A stretch of DNA of 63,280 nucleotides, the filler included, from Nemertoderma westbladi (lineage: Eukaryota; Animalia; Xenacoelomorpha): the NCBI GenBank assembly GCA_032718475.1. It is 3 parts of 3 records of this genome, joined end to end, with 100 filler letters (N's around TTAATTAATTAA, not from the genome) between each part and the next. Parts side by side here need not be neighbours in the genome. Positions count along the whole stretch, not along the records: positions 1 to 28,261 come from JAUCBJ010003315.1; 2 more parts are not named here. One strand, 5' to 3'. Numbering within the stretch: the stretch's first letter is position 1; each line of letters begins with the position of its first letter. Below, piece by piece: positions 12,132 to 24,181 of the stretch. The position numbers and the translations under genes were made by a program. A model generated the notes under the pieces. That model was given only the letters and a program-made list of their open reading frames with translations. It did not search any database and had not been told where the DNA came from.

Positions 12132-15100
12132 TCAGCAATATTCCTCTTTGTACAGGTGAGTTTTGAGTCGCGATTTAAACAGAGTCAGCGTCGTGGCATC
12201 TCTAACTTCTTGCGGGAGGGAGTTCCAGATTGTTGGTGCCGCAATTGAGAACGCCCGTCTCCCGTAATTATGCAAGTAAAACTGCGGTACAAATAGAAGT
12301 CCCTTATCAGCAGACTGTAATTGTCGTGGAGGTACATAGGGAGTTATTAAATGGGTCAAGTAGGCAGGAGCAGCACCATGTAAACACTTGAATGTCAACA
12401 AAGCTATTTTAAATTTGATCCGTAAATTTACAGGTAACCAATGCAAACGTTTAAGGACTGGAGTGATGTGCTCTTGTTTCTTAACGCCCTCTAGCAGTTG
12501 CGCTGCGGAATTTTGTACATATTGTAATTTTTTGATTGACTTCGAGGGTAATCCATAATATAATGAGTTGTTGCTGTCGAGTTTGTTTGTGACAAAGGCG
12601 TGAATTAAGATTTCAAGGTCATGTCTGCTGAGGTACCGTTTAATTTTAGCCAAACTTCGAAGATGAAGAAATGCATCTCGGACCGTTGTACTTATTTGAT
12701 TGCTGTATGTCAGATTTGAATCCACGATGAAACCTATATTACGTGCCTTGTCGCTGCAGCTGATCAGGTCATCCCCTATTTGTATGTTAGGGGGCGTTAG
12801 TTGTTTACCGAAACGGGACTGCAGAAGGATAATCTCCGTTTTATCTGAGTTCATTTTCAATAAATTATCTTCCATCCACTTCTTTACATCGGCCACGCAA
12901 CGTTCAGTCACCTCAACAGCAACGGACGAATTAATAGGTTTAAAACTAATGTATAGCTGTGTATCGTCCGCGTACAAATGATACGAGAGGCCGTGGTTGC
13001 GAATAACATTTGAAAGCGAACGAGTGTATATCGAAAATAATATAGGCCCAAGTACCGATCCTTGTGGCAGCCCGTACAGCAAATCCAACCGGTTCGAATA
13101 TTTTGCATTAATGCGAACCTGTTGTGACCTATTCGACAAGTACGATCTGAACCAGTCCAGGGCGATTCCCTCAACCCCGATTTCTCGATCTAGAGTGTCC
13201 AACAGTTTAACGTGGTCGACCGTGTAGAAGGCAGCACTAAGGTCTAATAAGACGAGAAGTACTCCCGATCCCGAATCGATTTTGCGTAATATGTCGTCGC
13301 TTACCTTAAGCAACGCGGTCTCCGTTCCGTGTAAGGGTCTGTACGCGCTCTGTAAAGGTTCATACAATTTATTTATGTTCATATGAGTCATCAGCTGGTT
13401 TGCAATCACCCTTTCTGTTAACTTTGCTAAATATATCAGATTAGACACCGGCCTAAAGTTCCTAAGTATCTCAGGGTTTAATCGTGCTTTCTTTATGACT
13501 GGTGTTAACACAGCTTCCTTGAATAGAGTCGGCACAGTAGCAGTTGTAATTGATAAATTAATAATTAACATAATCACTGGTAGCAACAATTTTATTGAAT
13601 GTTTTACTAATTGCGTGGGAATCGGATCCATGGTACTAGATTTAGATTTTGAGTTCTTTATTAGCTTTTCTGCCTCATCCATTGTTATTTTATTAAAGTG
13701 TTCCAATTTGGGAATATTGTTTCCTTTACCGTTGGTTGCGCCCCCCATACCCGTAGGAACGCCCAGTCCCGTAGCGCCCCCCGTAGGAATGCCTAGGTTA
13801 GTTGCGCACCCCGTAGGAATGCCCAGTCCCGTAGCGGCCCCCGTATGAATGCCCAGTTCAGTAGCCCCCCCCATAGGAGCGCCCAGTCCAGTAACACCCC
13901 CCGTAGGAATGCCCAGGTTGGTTGCGCCCCCCATAGGAACGCCCAGTTCACTAGCGCCCCCTGTAGGAACACCCAGATCCGATGCTTCACCCGTAAGAAT
14001 GCCCAGGTCAGATGGTCCCCCAATAGGAATGCCCAGTTCAGATGAGCCCCCCGTAGGAACGCCCAGTCCAGTTGCACCCCCCGTAGAAACACCCAGTCCA
14101 GCAGCACCCCCTGTAGGAATGCCCAGGTCAGATGCTCCCCCCGTAGGAACGCCCTGGTCGGATGATTCCCCTGTAGGAGCGCCCAGTCCAGTATCACCCC
14201 CCGTAGGAATGCCCAATTCAGTAGTGCCCCCCATAGGAACACCCAGTTTGATAGCGCCCTCCGTAGGAGCCCCCAGATCATCAACGCCCCGTGAAGTAGA
14301 ACCGCCATTTCCAGATAATAAGTCATATCTAATATCCTTTATTTTCTTGTAATAGAATTCCATAAACCTGTTCGCCAACTTTTCATCATCCTCGTGTGAA
14401 GGCAATGTACTTTTGTTTTTACGATAAAGTATTTTGGCAGCCACTGAAAATAGTTTTCGTTGATCACCTGCATTATTCTTTATAATGTTACTATAATATG
14501 TCTCTTTTGCTGACGCTATGGTATTGGCAACCACCGTGCACTGTAGGCGATAGGCGATACAATCAGCACAGATATTCGTCTTTCGATATCGGCGCTCCAA
14601 TCTTCTGCGTTTTCTTTTTGCGTCGTTAATCTCATCAGTGTACCAATTTGCCTTCGGCCTCATGGAAACAGTTTTTGTTTGTAATGGGGCGTGTTTATCG
14701 AGTATGTTCATTAGGTTATCATTATACATTTTAATAACTCCATTAATATCACCAGAAGGAGAGTCGCATACTGGTGAATGTTTTAAATCCTCCAAAAACA
14801 GATTACCGTTTATTTTACTTATATTTCGGTAACTTATTGTCTGTGATATATCGGCTGGTTTAGTGAAATTCAAGTTAAAGTAGACTGCAAAGTGGTCGGA
14901 TAAACCTATATTTCATACAAAAACGTTGCAAACGATATTCTGGTCGTCAGTGTGTACTAGCACCAGATCTAGTGTATGGCCCTTTATGTGGGTTGGTTGA
15001 TTTACTAACTGTACCAATCCAAAGCAATTTAAAATGTCAAGAAACTCGGCGGCATCCTTGTTATCGCAGACATCAACATGAAAGTTAAAATCACCCAATA

Positions 15101-15578
15101 ATAGTATTCTACCCGGAAGAACTATAATGTGCTGCAGAAACTCAGCGAATTGTTCAAAGAATAATGCTGCAGTGAGTCCGTTTTTAGGCGAAGGGCAGGT
15201 GCGGTACAATATAATAAGCCTAATAACAGATCCAAGTTGGGTGAATGTTAATTCAATATATTCAAATGTAGAATACACAAACTCACTAGCGGCACACGTT
15301 TTTAATTTGAGACACCGTTTGAAAACACAAGCTACTCCTCCACCTCTCGTGGTTGTTCTAGGATTGTGTTCTATAACGTATCCTTTAGGACATATTTCGT
15401 TTGTTACTTGGTTATCGCTCTCATCACCCTTTAACCACGCTTCCGTTATCGCAAGGATGTCTATTCTATCATCTGCAATGTGATCTTTAATAATTGCCGC
15501 TTTGTTATTAATGGATCGAGCATTATACAAACATACAGCAGTGTATTTCGGTTCAAGATGGTTCGAGTTCATGCTCAT
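12132..15578 (-). pseudogene. LINE ORF2 (APE endonuclease + reverse transcriptase) with one in-frame TGA at 14913-14915
   Basis: YNARS, ITEAW, GGGVA, LLGDFN, TLDLV, then NIGLSDH after the stop in the same frame; NFRPVSNL, GLPQGSVLGP, YADDTQ, RAFSIAAPTIWNSLP...FKSRLKTHL. Confidence 0.93.
13735..14285 (-). repeat. About 18 x 30-bp coding minisatellite (LGxPTGGATx) inside LINE ORF2
   Basis: Units such as CCCGTAGGAATGCCCAGTCCAGTAGCGCCC on the + strand; frame preserved throughout. Confidence 0.93.
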
Positions 15579-15593
15579 CGGGATGGTTGGTTG

Positions 15594-16892
15594 TCAATCA
15601 GTCTTTGTAACTAGGTCCTCAAAGCTCTGCCGAGTGCGAGATTGCTGTTCACTATTTGAGTGGGCGTTTGGAGAGGGGTTGGTGAGATCAACTATTTGGT
15701 GAGCTGTTGTTGTCGCGTCGTGGTCAGCCTGCGATGACGGAGTAGTGATATCTGCCGGACCATTTGACGGTTTGACCATAACAGACTTACTCCTATGAAT
15801 TGTGCTCCGTGGACTCTCTACTACCGACCCTTTATTTATTACCCAGTATTTATCTGGGTACGCAACCATTAGTCGCCGCCGTTCCTCACGTAACTCGAAC
15901 TGTGATCTACTTTCTTCTGGGGTATAGTCCGGTGTAATATATATATTGTCATATCTATCAGAGTGACGCAATTCTCGAGCTTTCCTTAAGAGAGATGATC
16001 TTTTCTCCCGTGGAACAGTTACTATCAGCAGTTTACTTTGTTGGTTAGACAATGGCTGTTTGGATACACGCTTAGTCGTTATTTCTTCTTTGGATAATTG
16101 GATGTCCAGATATGCAGCAATGTCAATAACTTGTTCCTTGTCATCGTGACCTCTCAATCCCTTAACGACAACATTCGTTTTGCGTTTGTTATGTTCCTCC
16201 TCCTCTAATTTTATTTGTTTCGAGAGAATGGCGATATTCGTACCATTACTATTTCGAGGTGTTTTTACCTTCGCAGAATATGATACCTTGGTCCATTGGC
16301 CACCATTGACTTCTTCCGGTTGACTACTGACATTATACTTGTTGGTGCAGTCCTTAACATTCATTACTTTAGTTTCAAGATCATCTATCTTCTTTTGACT
16401 TTCCTCTGCTTTACTTCCAATAACATCTCGCAACTCATTTATCCTCGTATGAGCCTTTTGATTATTATCTCCAATTACTTGATCCTGTCTAATCGATTGC
16501 ATACGAAGGTGCTCAACTTCTTCTTCGAATTGAAGTAATTTATCATCCAGTCGCAATTCTAGCTTTTCAAAATCCTTGGCAACCTTTGTTAGACGTTGAC
16601 CAACACATTGTCCACAGTAGAAATCAACAAGGCCGAAATCTGTGCCTCGTTTAGCGATGCAGATCATTGCAACACTGCATGATGCGCCGGAGCAGACAAC
16701 CTCGATTTCAGTAAGTCCGTCGTTGCGCAATCCACTTTGTGGTGGAACTGCCGCCGCCTGTGGATTCACCAGGGATTTGTTGCTGCTTCGTCTCGGGTTA
16801 TTACTGCATCCAGCAGTGCTTTGCCGTCTTAATTTTTCAGAATCAGCACCGGGAGCCTTGCTGGTAGAGGTAGTCGATTGGGAATGTGACAT
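15594..16892 (-). CDS. LINE ORF1 protein (Cys-rich N-terminal motif, coiled coil, RRM/CTD-like region)
   Basis: 432-aa ORF immediately upstream of ORF2; KRKTNVVVKGL...LLRKARELR...IYITPDYTPEE is typical of CR1/L2 ORF1. Confidence 0.85.
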   Translation of the reverse strand: MSHSQSTTSTSKAPGADSEKLRRQSTAGCSNNPRRSSNKSLVNPQAAAVPPQSGLRNDGLTEIEVVCSGASCSVAMICIAKRGTDFGLVDFYCGQCVGQRLTKVAKDFEKLELRLDDKLLQFEEEVEHLRMQSIRQDQVIGDNNQKAHTRINELRDVIGSKAEESQKKIDDLETKVMNVKDCTNKYNVSSQPEEVNGGQWTKVSYSAKVKTPRNSNGTNIAILSKQIKLEEEEHNKRKTNVVVKGLRGHDDKEQVIDIAAYLDIQLSKEEITTKRVSKQPLSNQQSKLLIVTVPREKRSSLLRKARELRHSDRYDNIYITPDYTPEESRSQFELREERRRLMVAYPDKYWVINKGSVVESPRSTIHRSKSVMVKPSNGPADITTPSSQADHDATTTAHQIVDLTNPSPNAHSNSEQQSRTRQSFEDLVTKTD

Positions 16893-17299
16893 TTTACTCC
16901 TTGTTGCAGTCTTCTCCTTTACATATAAAGTAGTGCACTAATGTCGCCGTAGTGCCGTAGCTCTGGTTTATCAAAGTAATCAGTTTTATTTATAATGTAT
17001 TATATTATAATTCAGTTAAAATTATTAAATTTAATAACAAATTTGATATTGCTGAATCTCCTTTGCAATATTACTTGTTTGGTTCCAGTAAATTTTGGGG
17101 CCCTTAAGTTTCAATATAATAATAATGGTTCTTATTGTATACTGTATATCATTATTATTTTTAGCTAGTAATTAAAACAAAATTTAATCTAAAAAACTTA
17201 ATCTGAAAATTTAGTCACACTTCTCTTATTCAATATTCTAGAAATGTGGATGGCTGAAAGTGAAATAGGCCTACCTCACTTCCCAAAGCCACATTATTT

Positions 17300-18085
17300 A
17301 CATGAGAGTAAAAACCCAAGCGATCATTTTGTGAACATCCAATGATATTCCTGTTTTATAAATGCTTTGTTGTTATGGGATGTTCTGTTTGATTGGTTGT
17401 TATGTGATTTACTTGCTAATCTTGGCCAGTATTAAATGCACTAAATCAACAAGCACTGATCAATGTGTACAGATATACAGTAGGAGTCAATATGTTTCAC
17501 AGGAGGCATGATGGAGGGGGGAAGGGGGGGGGGGGGGGTTTCGAATACCTATCTTGGTGAATTATAAAAGCACATCCCGGCGAATTAGCAATGATAATTA
17601 TTAAGTGAGGGAAAGTATTATTTATATTATATCTGTATTACGTATTATTTACGTACATTAAATGTCCAGTTACTGCTGTATTGTACGATATGACAGTAGT
17701 TTACAAAGATTAAAGCTGTAAAGAGGCCAGGCCTCTATCCTAGAACCTAGAGGAAGAGTCCATCAATTGTATTATATTCTTAAGTACATTCCTGCATTCT
17801 TTCATTATTACGTCAGTCACTGCAAACAATCACTCAGCGTCATCGTCAGTGTTAGAGTCTGAGAGTACATGTAGAGCTACCGGCATACTGCTAATATTTA
17901 AATGTAAACTACTAAGTTACATTGATCGCTTGTTGATTTAGTGCATTTAATACTGGCCAAGATTAGCAAGTAAATAACACAACAACCAATCAAACAGAAC
18001 ATCCCATAACAACTTAAAGCATTTATAAAACAGGCAATATCATTGGATGTTCACAAAATGATCGCTTGGGTTTTTACTCTCATGT
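17300..18085. mobile_element. Foldback/MULE-like non-autonomous element with long TIRs
   Basis: About 155-170-bp inverted arms (17300-17455 / 17928-18085) and 9-bp TSD ACATTATTT (17291-17299, 18086-18094). Confidence 0.85.
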
Positions 18086-18148
18086 ACATTATTTCTGCAT
18101 TGTACCGGTATTGCTGAATTTCAAAACCACCTGATATATCCTGCAGTC

Positions 18149-18460
18149 TACTAGCAACCAGCTGATGCCCGCCTAATAATTTTTGGATAGATTAATTTAT
18201 TATAACTGCAAGACAGTTACACAGATGCTGCACGAAGACCCCACGCAAATTCAACTTGGAAAATTTCTACACTTTTGCCAGACTACATATGTACCAAGTT
18301 TGGATATATTTTATCGTGATTTGGCTGAGTTATTAACGTTTAAAATTGGACACAACAGATCAACAGAGCAACAGAACAACAGAGCAACAGATCAACAGAC
18401 ACACCGATTGAGTTAGTGGCACCTGTATGCTAAGCTCGCTTACTTTCGTCGCTCGCCCCA
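18149..18460 (+). mobile_element. Dispersed repeat, possibly Helitron/Helentron-associated (HINE-like)
   Basis: Core CACGCAAATTCAACTTGGAAAATTTCT...GTACCAAGTTTGGATA recurs at about 54260-54340; followed by an ACAGA-type microrepeat; class assignment is inference. Confidence 0.45.
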
Positions 18461-18616
18461 CACTGTCCTTAGTCTGGGACTAGTCCTAGTTATGAATTAT
18501 ATGAATTATAAGTTACTAAAATCCATAATAGATTTTGTTGACCACATCTCATAGCTGGTGAAAAGATGCCATGTTAATTAATTATATACTTTTATTTATA
18601 ATTCAACATTTTGCAG

Positions 18617-18756
18617 CTTTTAACAGAGCTTCGATGTACCAAACGTTAAGCAACACATTGCTGGAAAACTATGATACATCGATGAGACCAGTTACAGACG
18701 ACAATAATGGTGTTCGGGTGGAAATACAATTGGTGTTGAGACAAGTTCTGGAACTG
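18617..18756 (+). CDS. Exon 4: start of nicotinic-type Cys-loop (pLGIC) extracellular domain
   Basis: TTTGCAG acceptor, phase 1; AFNRASMYQTLSNTLLENYDTSMRPVTDDNNGVRVEIQLVLRQVLEL matches L-x3-L-x2-Y-x4-RPV...V-x-V...L-x-Q-hhxh; CTG|GTGAGT donor, phase 0; 140 nt. Confidence 0.88.
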
Positions 18757-18772
18757 GTGAGTAACCTACACA

Positions 18773-19040
18773 TTTCTAGAACTAATGAGTATTATATACA
18801 GTTCTAAAACTCGTGAGTACTTTAAACTGTTCTAGAACTAGTGCGTACTATATACAGTTCTAGAACTAGGGAGTATTATATACAGTTCTAGAACTAGGGA
18901 GTACTCCACATTGTTCTAGAACTAGGGAGTACTCCACATTGTTCTAGAACTAGGGAGTATTATACAGTTCTAAAACTTGTGAGTATGCTACGAAATTCAG
19001 AATTTATGGGTATGCTACGAAGTTCTAGAACTTGTGAGTA
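18773..19040. repeat. Degenerate 28-30-bp tandem repeat with TTCTAGAACT core
   Basis: About nine diverged units. Confidence 0.8.
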
Positions 19041-19159
19041 TGATAATAATGTAATGAAGATGGACCAACATTAAACAGAATATGAAACCATAAGTTTATT
19101 GGTTTTTAAATACTGTAGGAATTTTGTAAAGAGAATCAGAACGGTTCATGCTACAGAGT

Positions 19160-22100
19160 ACAGATGTGGGATGTGCCCTAACAATGTACGGTTCAGGCTA
19201 CAGATGTGGACTAACAAGGAACGGTGTAGGCTACAAATGTGGCACAATGAACGATTCAGGCTACAGATGTGGCACAATGAACGATTCAGGCTACAGATGT
19301 GGCACAATGAAAAGTTCAGGAAACAATTATGGCACAATGAACGATTCAGGCTACAGAATGTGTGGCCTAACAATGCACGGTTCAGGCTACAAATGTGGCA
19401 CAATGAAAAGTTCAGGCTACAAATGTGGGTCAATGAACGATTCAGGCTACAGAATGTGTGGCCTAACAATGCACGGTTCAGGCTACAAATGTGGCACAAT
19501 GAAAAGTTCAGGCTACAAATGTGGGTCAATGAACAGTTCAGGCTACAAATGTGGCACAATGAACGATTCAGTCTACAGAATGTGTGGCCTAACAATGCAC
19601 GGTTCAGGCTACAAATGTGGCACAATGAAAAGTGCAGGCTACAAATGTGGCACAATGAACGATTCAGGCTACAGAATGTGTGGCCTAACAATGCACGGTT
19701 CAGGCTACAAATGTGGCACAATGAAAAGTTCAGGCTACAAATGTGGCACAATGAACGATTCAGGCTACAGAATGTGTGGCATAACAATGCACGGTTCAGG
19801 CTACAAATGTGGCACAATGAAAAGTTCAGGCTACAAATGTGGGTCAATGAACGATTCAGGCTACAAATGTGGCACAATGAACGATTCAGGCTACAGAATG
19901 TGTGGCATAACAATGCACGGTTCAGGCTACAAATGTGGCACAATGAAAAGTTCAGGCTACAAATGTGGGTCAATGAACAGTTCAGGCTACAAATGTGGCA
20001 CAATGAACGATTCAGTCTACAGAATGTGTGGCCTAACAATGCACGGTTCAGGCTACAAATGTGGCACAATGAACGATTCAGGCTACAGAATGTGGCACAA
20101 TGAACAGTTCAGGCTACAGAATGTGTGGCCTAACAATGCACGGTTCAGGCTACAAATGTGGCACAATGAACGATTCAGGCTACAGATGTGGCACAATGAA
20201 CGATTCAGGCTACAGAATGTGTGGCCTAACAATGCACGGTCCAGGCTACAAATGTGGCACAATGAACGATTCAGGCTACAGATGTGGCACAATGAACGAT
20301 TCAGGCTACAGAATGTGTGGCCTAACAATGCACGGTTCAGGCTACAAATGTGGCACAATGAAAAGTGCAGGCTACAAATGTGGCACAATGAACAGTTCAG
20401 GCTACAAATGTGGCACAATGAACGATTCAGTCTACAGAATGTGTGGCCTAACAATGCACGGTTCAGGCTACAAATGTGGCACAATGAAAAGTTCAGGCTA
20501 CAAATGTGGCACAATGAAAAGTTCAGGCTACAAATGTGGCACAATGAAAAGTGCAGGCTACAAATGTGGCACAATGAACAGTTCAGGCTACAAATGTGGC
20601 ACAATGAACGATTCAGTCTACAGAATGTGTGGCCTAACAATGCACGGTTCAGGCTACAAATGTGGCACAATGAAAAGTGCAGGCTACAAATGTGGCACAA
20701 TGAACAGTTCAGGCTACAAATGTGGCACAATGAACGATTCAGTCTACAGAATGTGTGGCCTAACAATGCACGGTTCAGGCTACAAATGTGGCACAATGAA
20801 AAGTTCAGGCTACAAATGTGGCACAATGAAAAGTTCAGGAAACAATTATGGCACAATGAACGATTCAGGCTACAGAATGTGTGGCCTAACAATGCACGGT
20901 TCAGGCTACAAATGTGGCACAATGAAAAGTTCAGGCTACAAATGTGGCACAATGAAAAGTTCAGGAAACAATTATGGCACAATGAACGATTCAGGCTACA
21001 GAATGTGTGGCCTAACAATGCACGGTTCAGGCTACAAATGTGGCACAATGAAAAGTTCAGGCTACAAATGTGGCACAATGAACAGTTCAGGCTACAAATG
21101 TGGCACAATGAACGATTCAGGCTACAGAATGTGTGGCCTAACAATGCACGGTTCAGGCTACAAATGTGGCACAATGAACGATTCAGGCTACAGATGTGGC
21201 ACAATGAACGATTCAGGCTACAGATGTGGCACAATGAACGATTCAGGCTACAGATGTGGCACAATGAACGATTCAGGCTACAGATGTGGCACAATGAACG
21301 ATTCAGGCTACAAATGTGGCACAATGAAAAGTTCAGGAAACAATTATGGCACAATGAACGATTCAGGCTACAGAATGTGTGGCCTAACAATGCACGGTTC
21401 AGGCTACAAATGTGGCACAATGAAAAGTTCAGGCTACAAATGTGGCACAATGAAAAGTTCAGGCTACAAATGTGGCACAATGAACGGTTCAGGCTACAGA
21501 TGTGGCACAATGAACAGTTCAGGCTACAAATGTGGGACAATGAAAAGTGCAGGCTACAAATGTGGCACAATGAACGATTCAGGCTACAGAATGTGTGGCC
21601 TAACAATGCACGGTTCAGGCTACAAATGTGGCACAATGAACGATTCAGGCTACAGATGTGGCACAATGAACGATTCAGGCTACAGAATGTGTGGCCTAAC
21701 AATGCACGGTTCAGGCTACAAATGTGGCACAATGAAAAGTGCAGGCTACAAATGTGGCACAATGAACGATTCAGGCTACAGAATGTGTGGCCTAACAATG
21801 CACGGTTCAGGCTACAAATGTGGCACAATGAAAAGTTCAGGCTACAAATGTGGCACAATGAACGATTCAGGCTACAGAATGTGTGGCCTAACAATGCACG
21901 GTTCAGGCTACAAATGTGTCACAATGAAAAGTGCAGGCTACAAATGTGGCACAATGAACGATTCAGGCTACAGAATGTGTGGCCTAACAATGCACGGTTC
22001 AGGCTACAAATGTGGCACAATGAACGATTCAGGCTACAGATGTGGCACAATGAACGATTCAGGCTACAGAATGTGTGGCCTAACAATGCACGGTTCAGGC

Positions 22101-22730
22101 TACAAATGTGGCACAATGTACGATTCAGGCTACAGATGTGGCACAATGAACGATTCAGGCTACAGAATGTGTGGCCTAACAATGCACGGTTCAGGCTACA
22201 AATGTGGCACAATGAAAAGTGCAGGCTACAAATGTGGCACAATGAACAGTTCAGGCTACAAATGTGGCACAATGAACGATTCAGTCTACAGAATGTGTGG
22301 CCTAACAATGCACGGTTCAGGCTACAAATGTGGCACAATGAAAAGTTCAGGCTACAAATGTGGCACAATGAAAAGTTCAGGAAACAATTATGGCACAATG
22401 AACGATTCAGGCTACAGAATGAGTGGCCTAACAATGCACGGTTCAGGCTACAAATGTGGCACAATGAAAAGTTCAGGCTACAAATGTGGCACAATGAACA
22501 GTTCAGGCTACAAATGTGGCACAATGAACGATTCAGGCTACAGAATGTGTGGCCTAACAATGCACGGTTCAGGCTACAAATGTGGCACAATGAACGATTC
22601 AGGCTACAGATGTGGCACAATGAACGATTCAGGCTACAGATGTGGCACAATGAACGATTCAGGCTACAGATGTGGCACAATGAACGATTCAGGCTACAGA
22701 TGTGGCACAATGAACGATTCAGGCTACAGA
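19160..22730. repeat. Complex satellite of 30-bp (TTCAGGCTACAAATGTGGCACAATGAACGA) and 36-bp (TTCAGGCTACAGAATGTGTGGCCTAACAATGCACGG) units
   Basis: About 3.6-kb array of a few recurrent variants; explains the long overlapping repeat ORFs on both strands. Confidence 0.95.
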
Positions 22731-23910
22731 TTAACTCTTTAGTTCGCCATCTATCCATTGCTTAACCGTAACGCAGCGTTATGACGTCATACATGAGTCA
22801 TACTTACATCGGATTTTATATTTGCCAAACAATTTGCTGGATATACTTTAATTTGTAGATAATTTGTAGCCGTTGTTGTTCAGCTGTCGGGAATGGGTGT
22901 TAATTGAGAGAAGAAATACTAAAAATCGCTAAATACCGGTACTACAAAATTAAGTTGAGAAAGAAATGCCTGATTAATATCCGTAGGTCGACTTTCATTG
23001 TGTAAAAAATGTCATTAAAAACCATTTTATGTCAAATTTTAATTTATTAAACAAGTACTTTGTGTTTTTTTTTATAAAGGATAATAACGCACCAGATATA
23101 TAATCAATAAACACCCCATTCCTATAGTTCTAGATACACATTCGCATAGAGAATTAACGTCTATATTTATTGATGTTCTCGGAATATATATATTACATAT
23201 TTCTTGTGTTATTAATTTAAATATTATATGAACGTCTCTTTACCTCTGTAACACAGGAACTTATGTTTAGTGTAGTATATAGTTGTAGTGTAGTACAGGT
23301 ATATATATCGATATTGTAATAATACTTTTAATTTTGTCTTTCAGTTTCAGTACAATACCGGTCTGTCCAATGGTTATATATTATTAAACGCACTCAATAT
23401 TTAGTGTGCAAAAATATGCTGGCTTGGGTTCTGTACATATTTTTTCAAACATTTATAGTAGTAATGGAATATTTATTTATATAATTTAGTATCATTTAGT
23501 TGTAGTTTATATATATAAGGATTTAGTCAGGGAATTATTTTGTGACAGACCGGTATAGTATTTTTGTGGTTCGGGTTTTACTTTGACGTTTTCATTATAT
23601 TATATTTAAGTAACAATTTTTAATAAAACAACTTCACTATAATACACTAATATTCTACAAAATTTAAATTTATCACTACCAGTGTGTTTATTTTCTTCTG
23701 GTTGCTGTGTTCTTGCATAATATAATGTAGTTATAATTTTGATATTCTAGATTTATGTACTATAGATATTATAATATTATTACATACACACTATAGCTTT
23801 GTATATCTATTATATTAGTATTGGGGATTATCAATTACTGTACCTATGTTTTATTATATTGTGTCATAAAAAATTATTGCTTTTGTTTCTGGTATACAAT
23901 ATCATTGCAG

Positions 23911-24105
23911 CAGATAGGGGGGACTTTCGTTGAAACAAAATCCATCCCTCTCCAGGCCCAGGGGAAAATCAACGCAAATCACATTTGGTTAGTCGCAAAA
24001 ATAAAACTGTAGCCTGATCTATTGATTTTAGTTTATTGTTTTGGGTAGAATAACGTGTTACTATTTGCGCCCTGTCCCCCCCCCCCCCCCCCCCACCCCC
24101 CTGTT
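23911..24105. mobile_element. Diverged copy of the short CAGATAGGGGGG-ended MITE
   Basis: Similar to 24889-25132 (CATCCCTC, AAAAATAAAACTGTA, TTGTTTTGG.AGAATAACGTG); another partial copy at about 8240-8386. Confidence 0.6.
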
Positions 24106-24181
24106 TCGATTGCTGGGTTAAGTCTCTACAATTAAAATATAACCGAGCTCTGTAAAAAAAAAAAGAAAAAAAAAAAAATCA

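Larger units (their letters stand above)
11985..17040 (-). mobile_element. Near full-length L2/CR1-group LINE inserted antisense in an intron (5' boundary approximate)
   Basis: ORF1 plus APE-RT ORF2; 3' stem-loop AGCGCCTT...AAGGCGCT (12018-12047) followed on the element strand by an (ATT)n tail. Confidence 0.92.

Noticed and set aside
13849-14352. Pro-rich antisense ORF over the LINE minisatellite
   Set aside because: Reverse complement of Gly-codon repeats; no independent evidence of coding
19119-19160. Possible next Cys-loop exon (DEKNQ-like, EFCKENQ after TGTAG)
   Set aside because: No following L-x-T-x-x-W-L motif and no donor at the expected distance; no convincing exon found up to 28261
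19099-22765. 1205-, 880-, 603- and 334-aa repeat ORFs as protein-coding genes
   Set aside because: Several frames and both strands are open because the units are 30/36 bp; no signal peptide or unique domain; the frames swap at an indel
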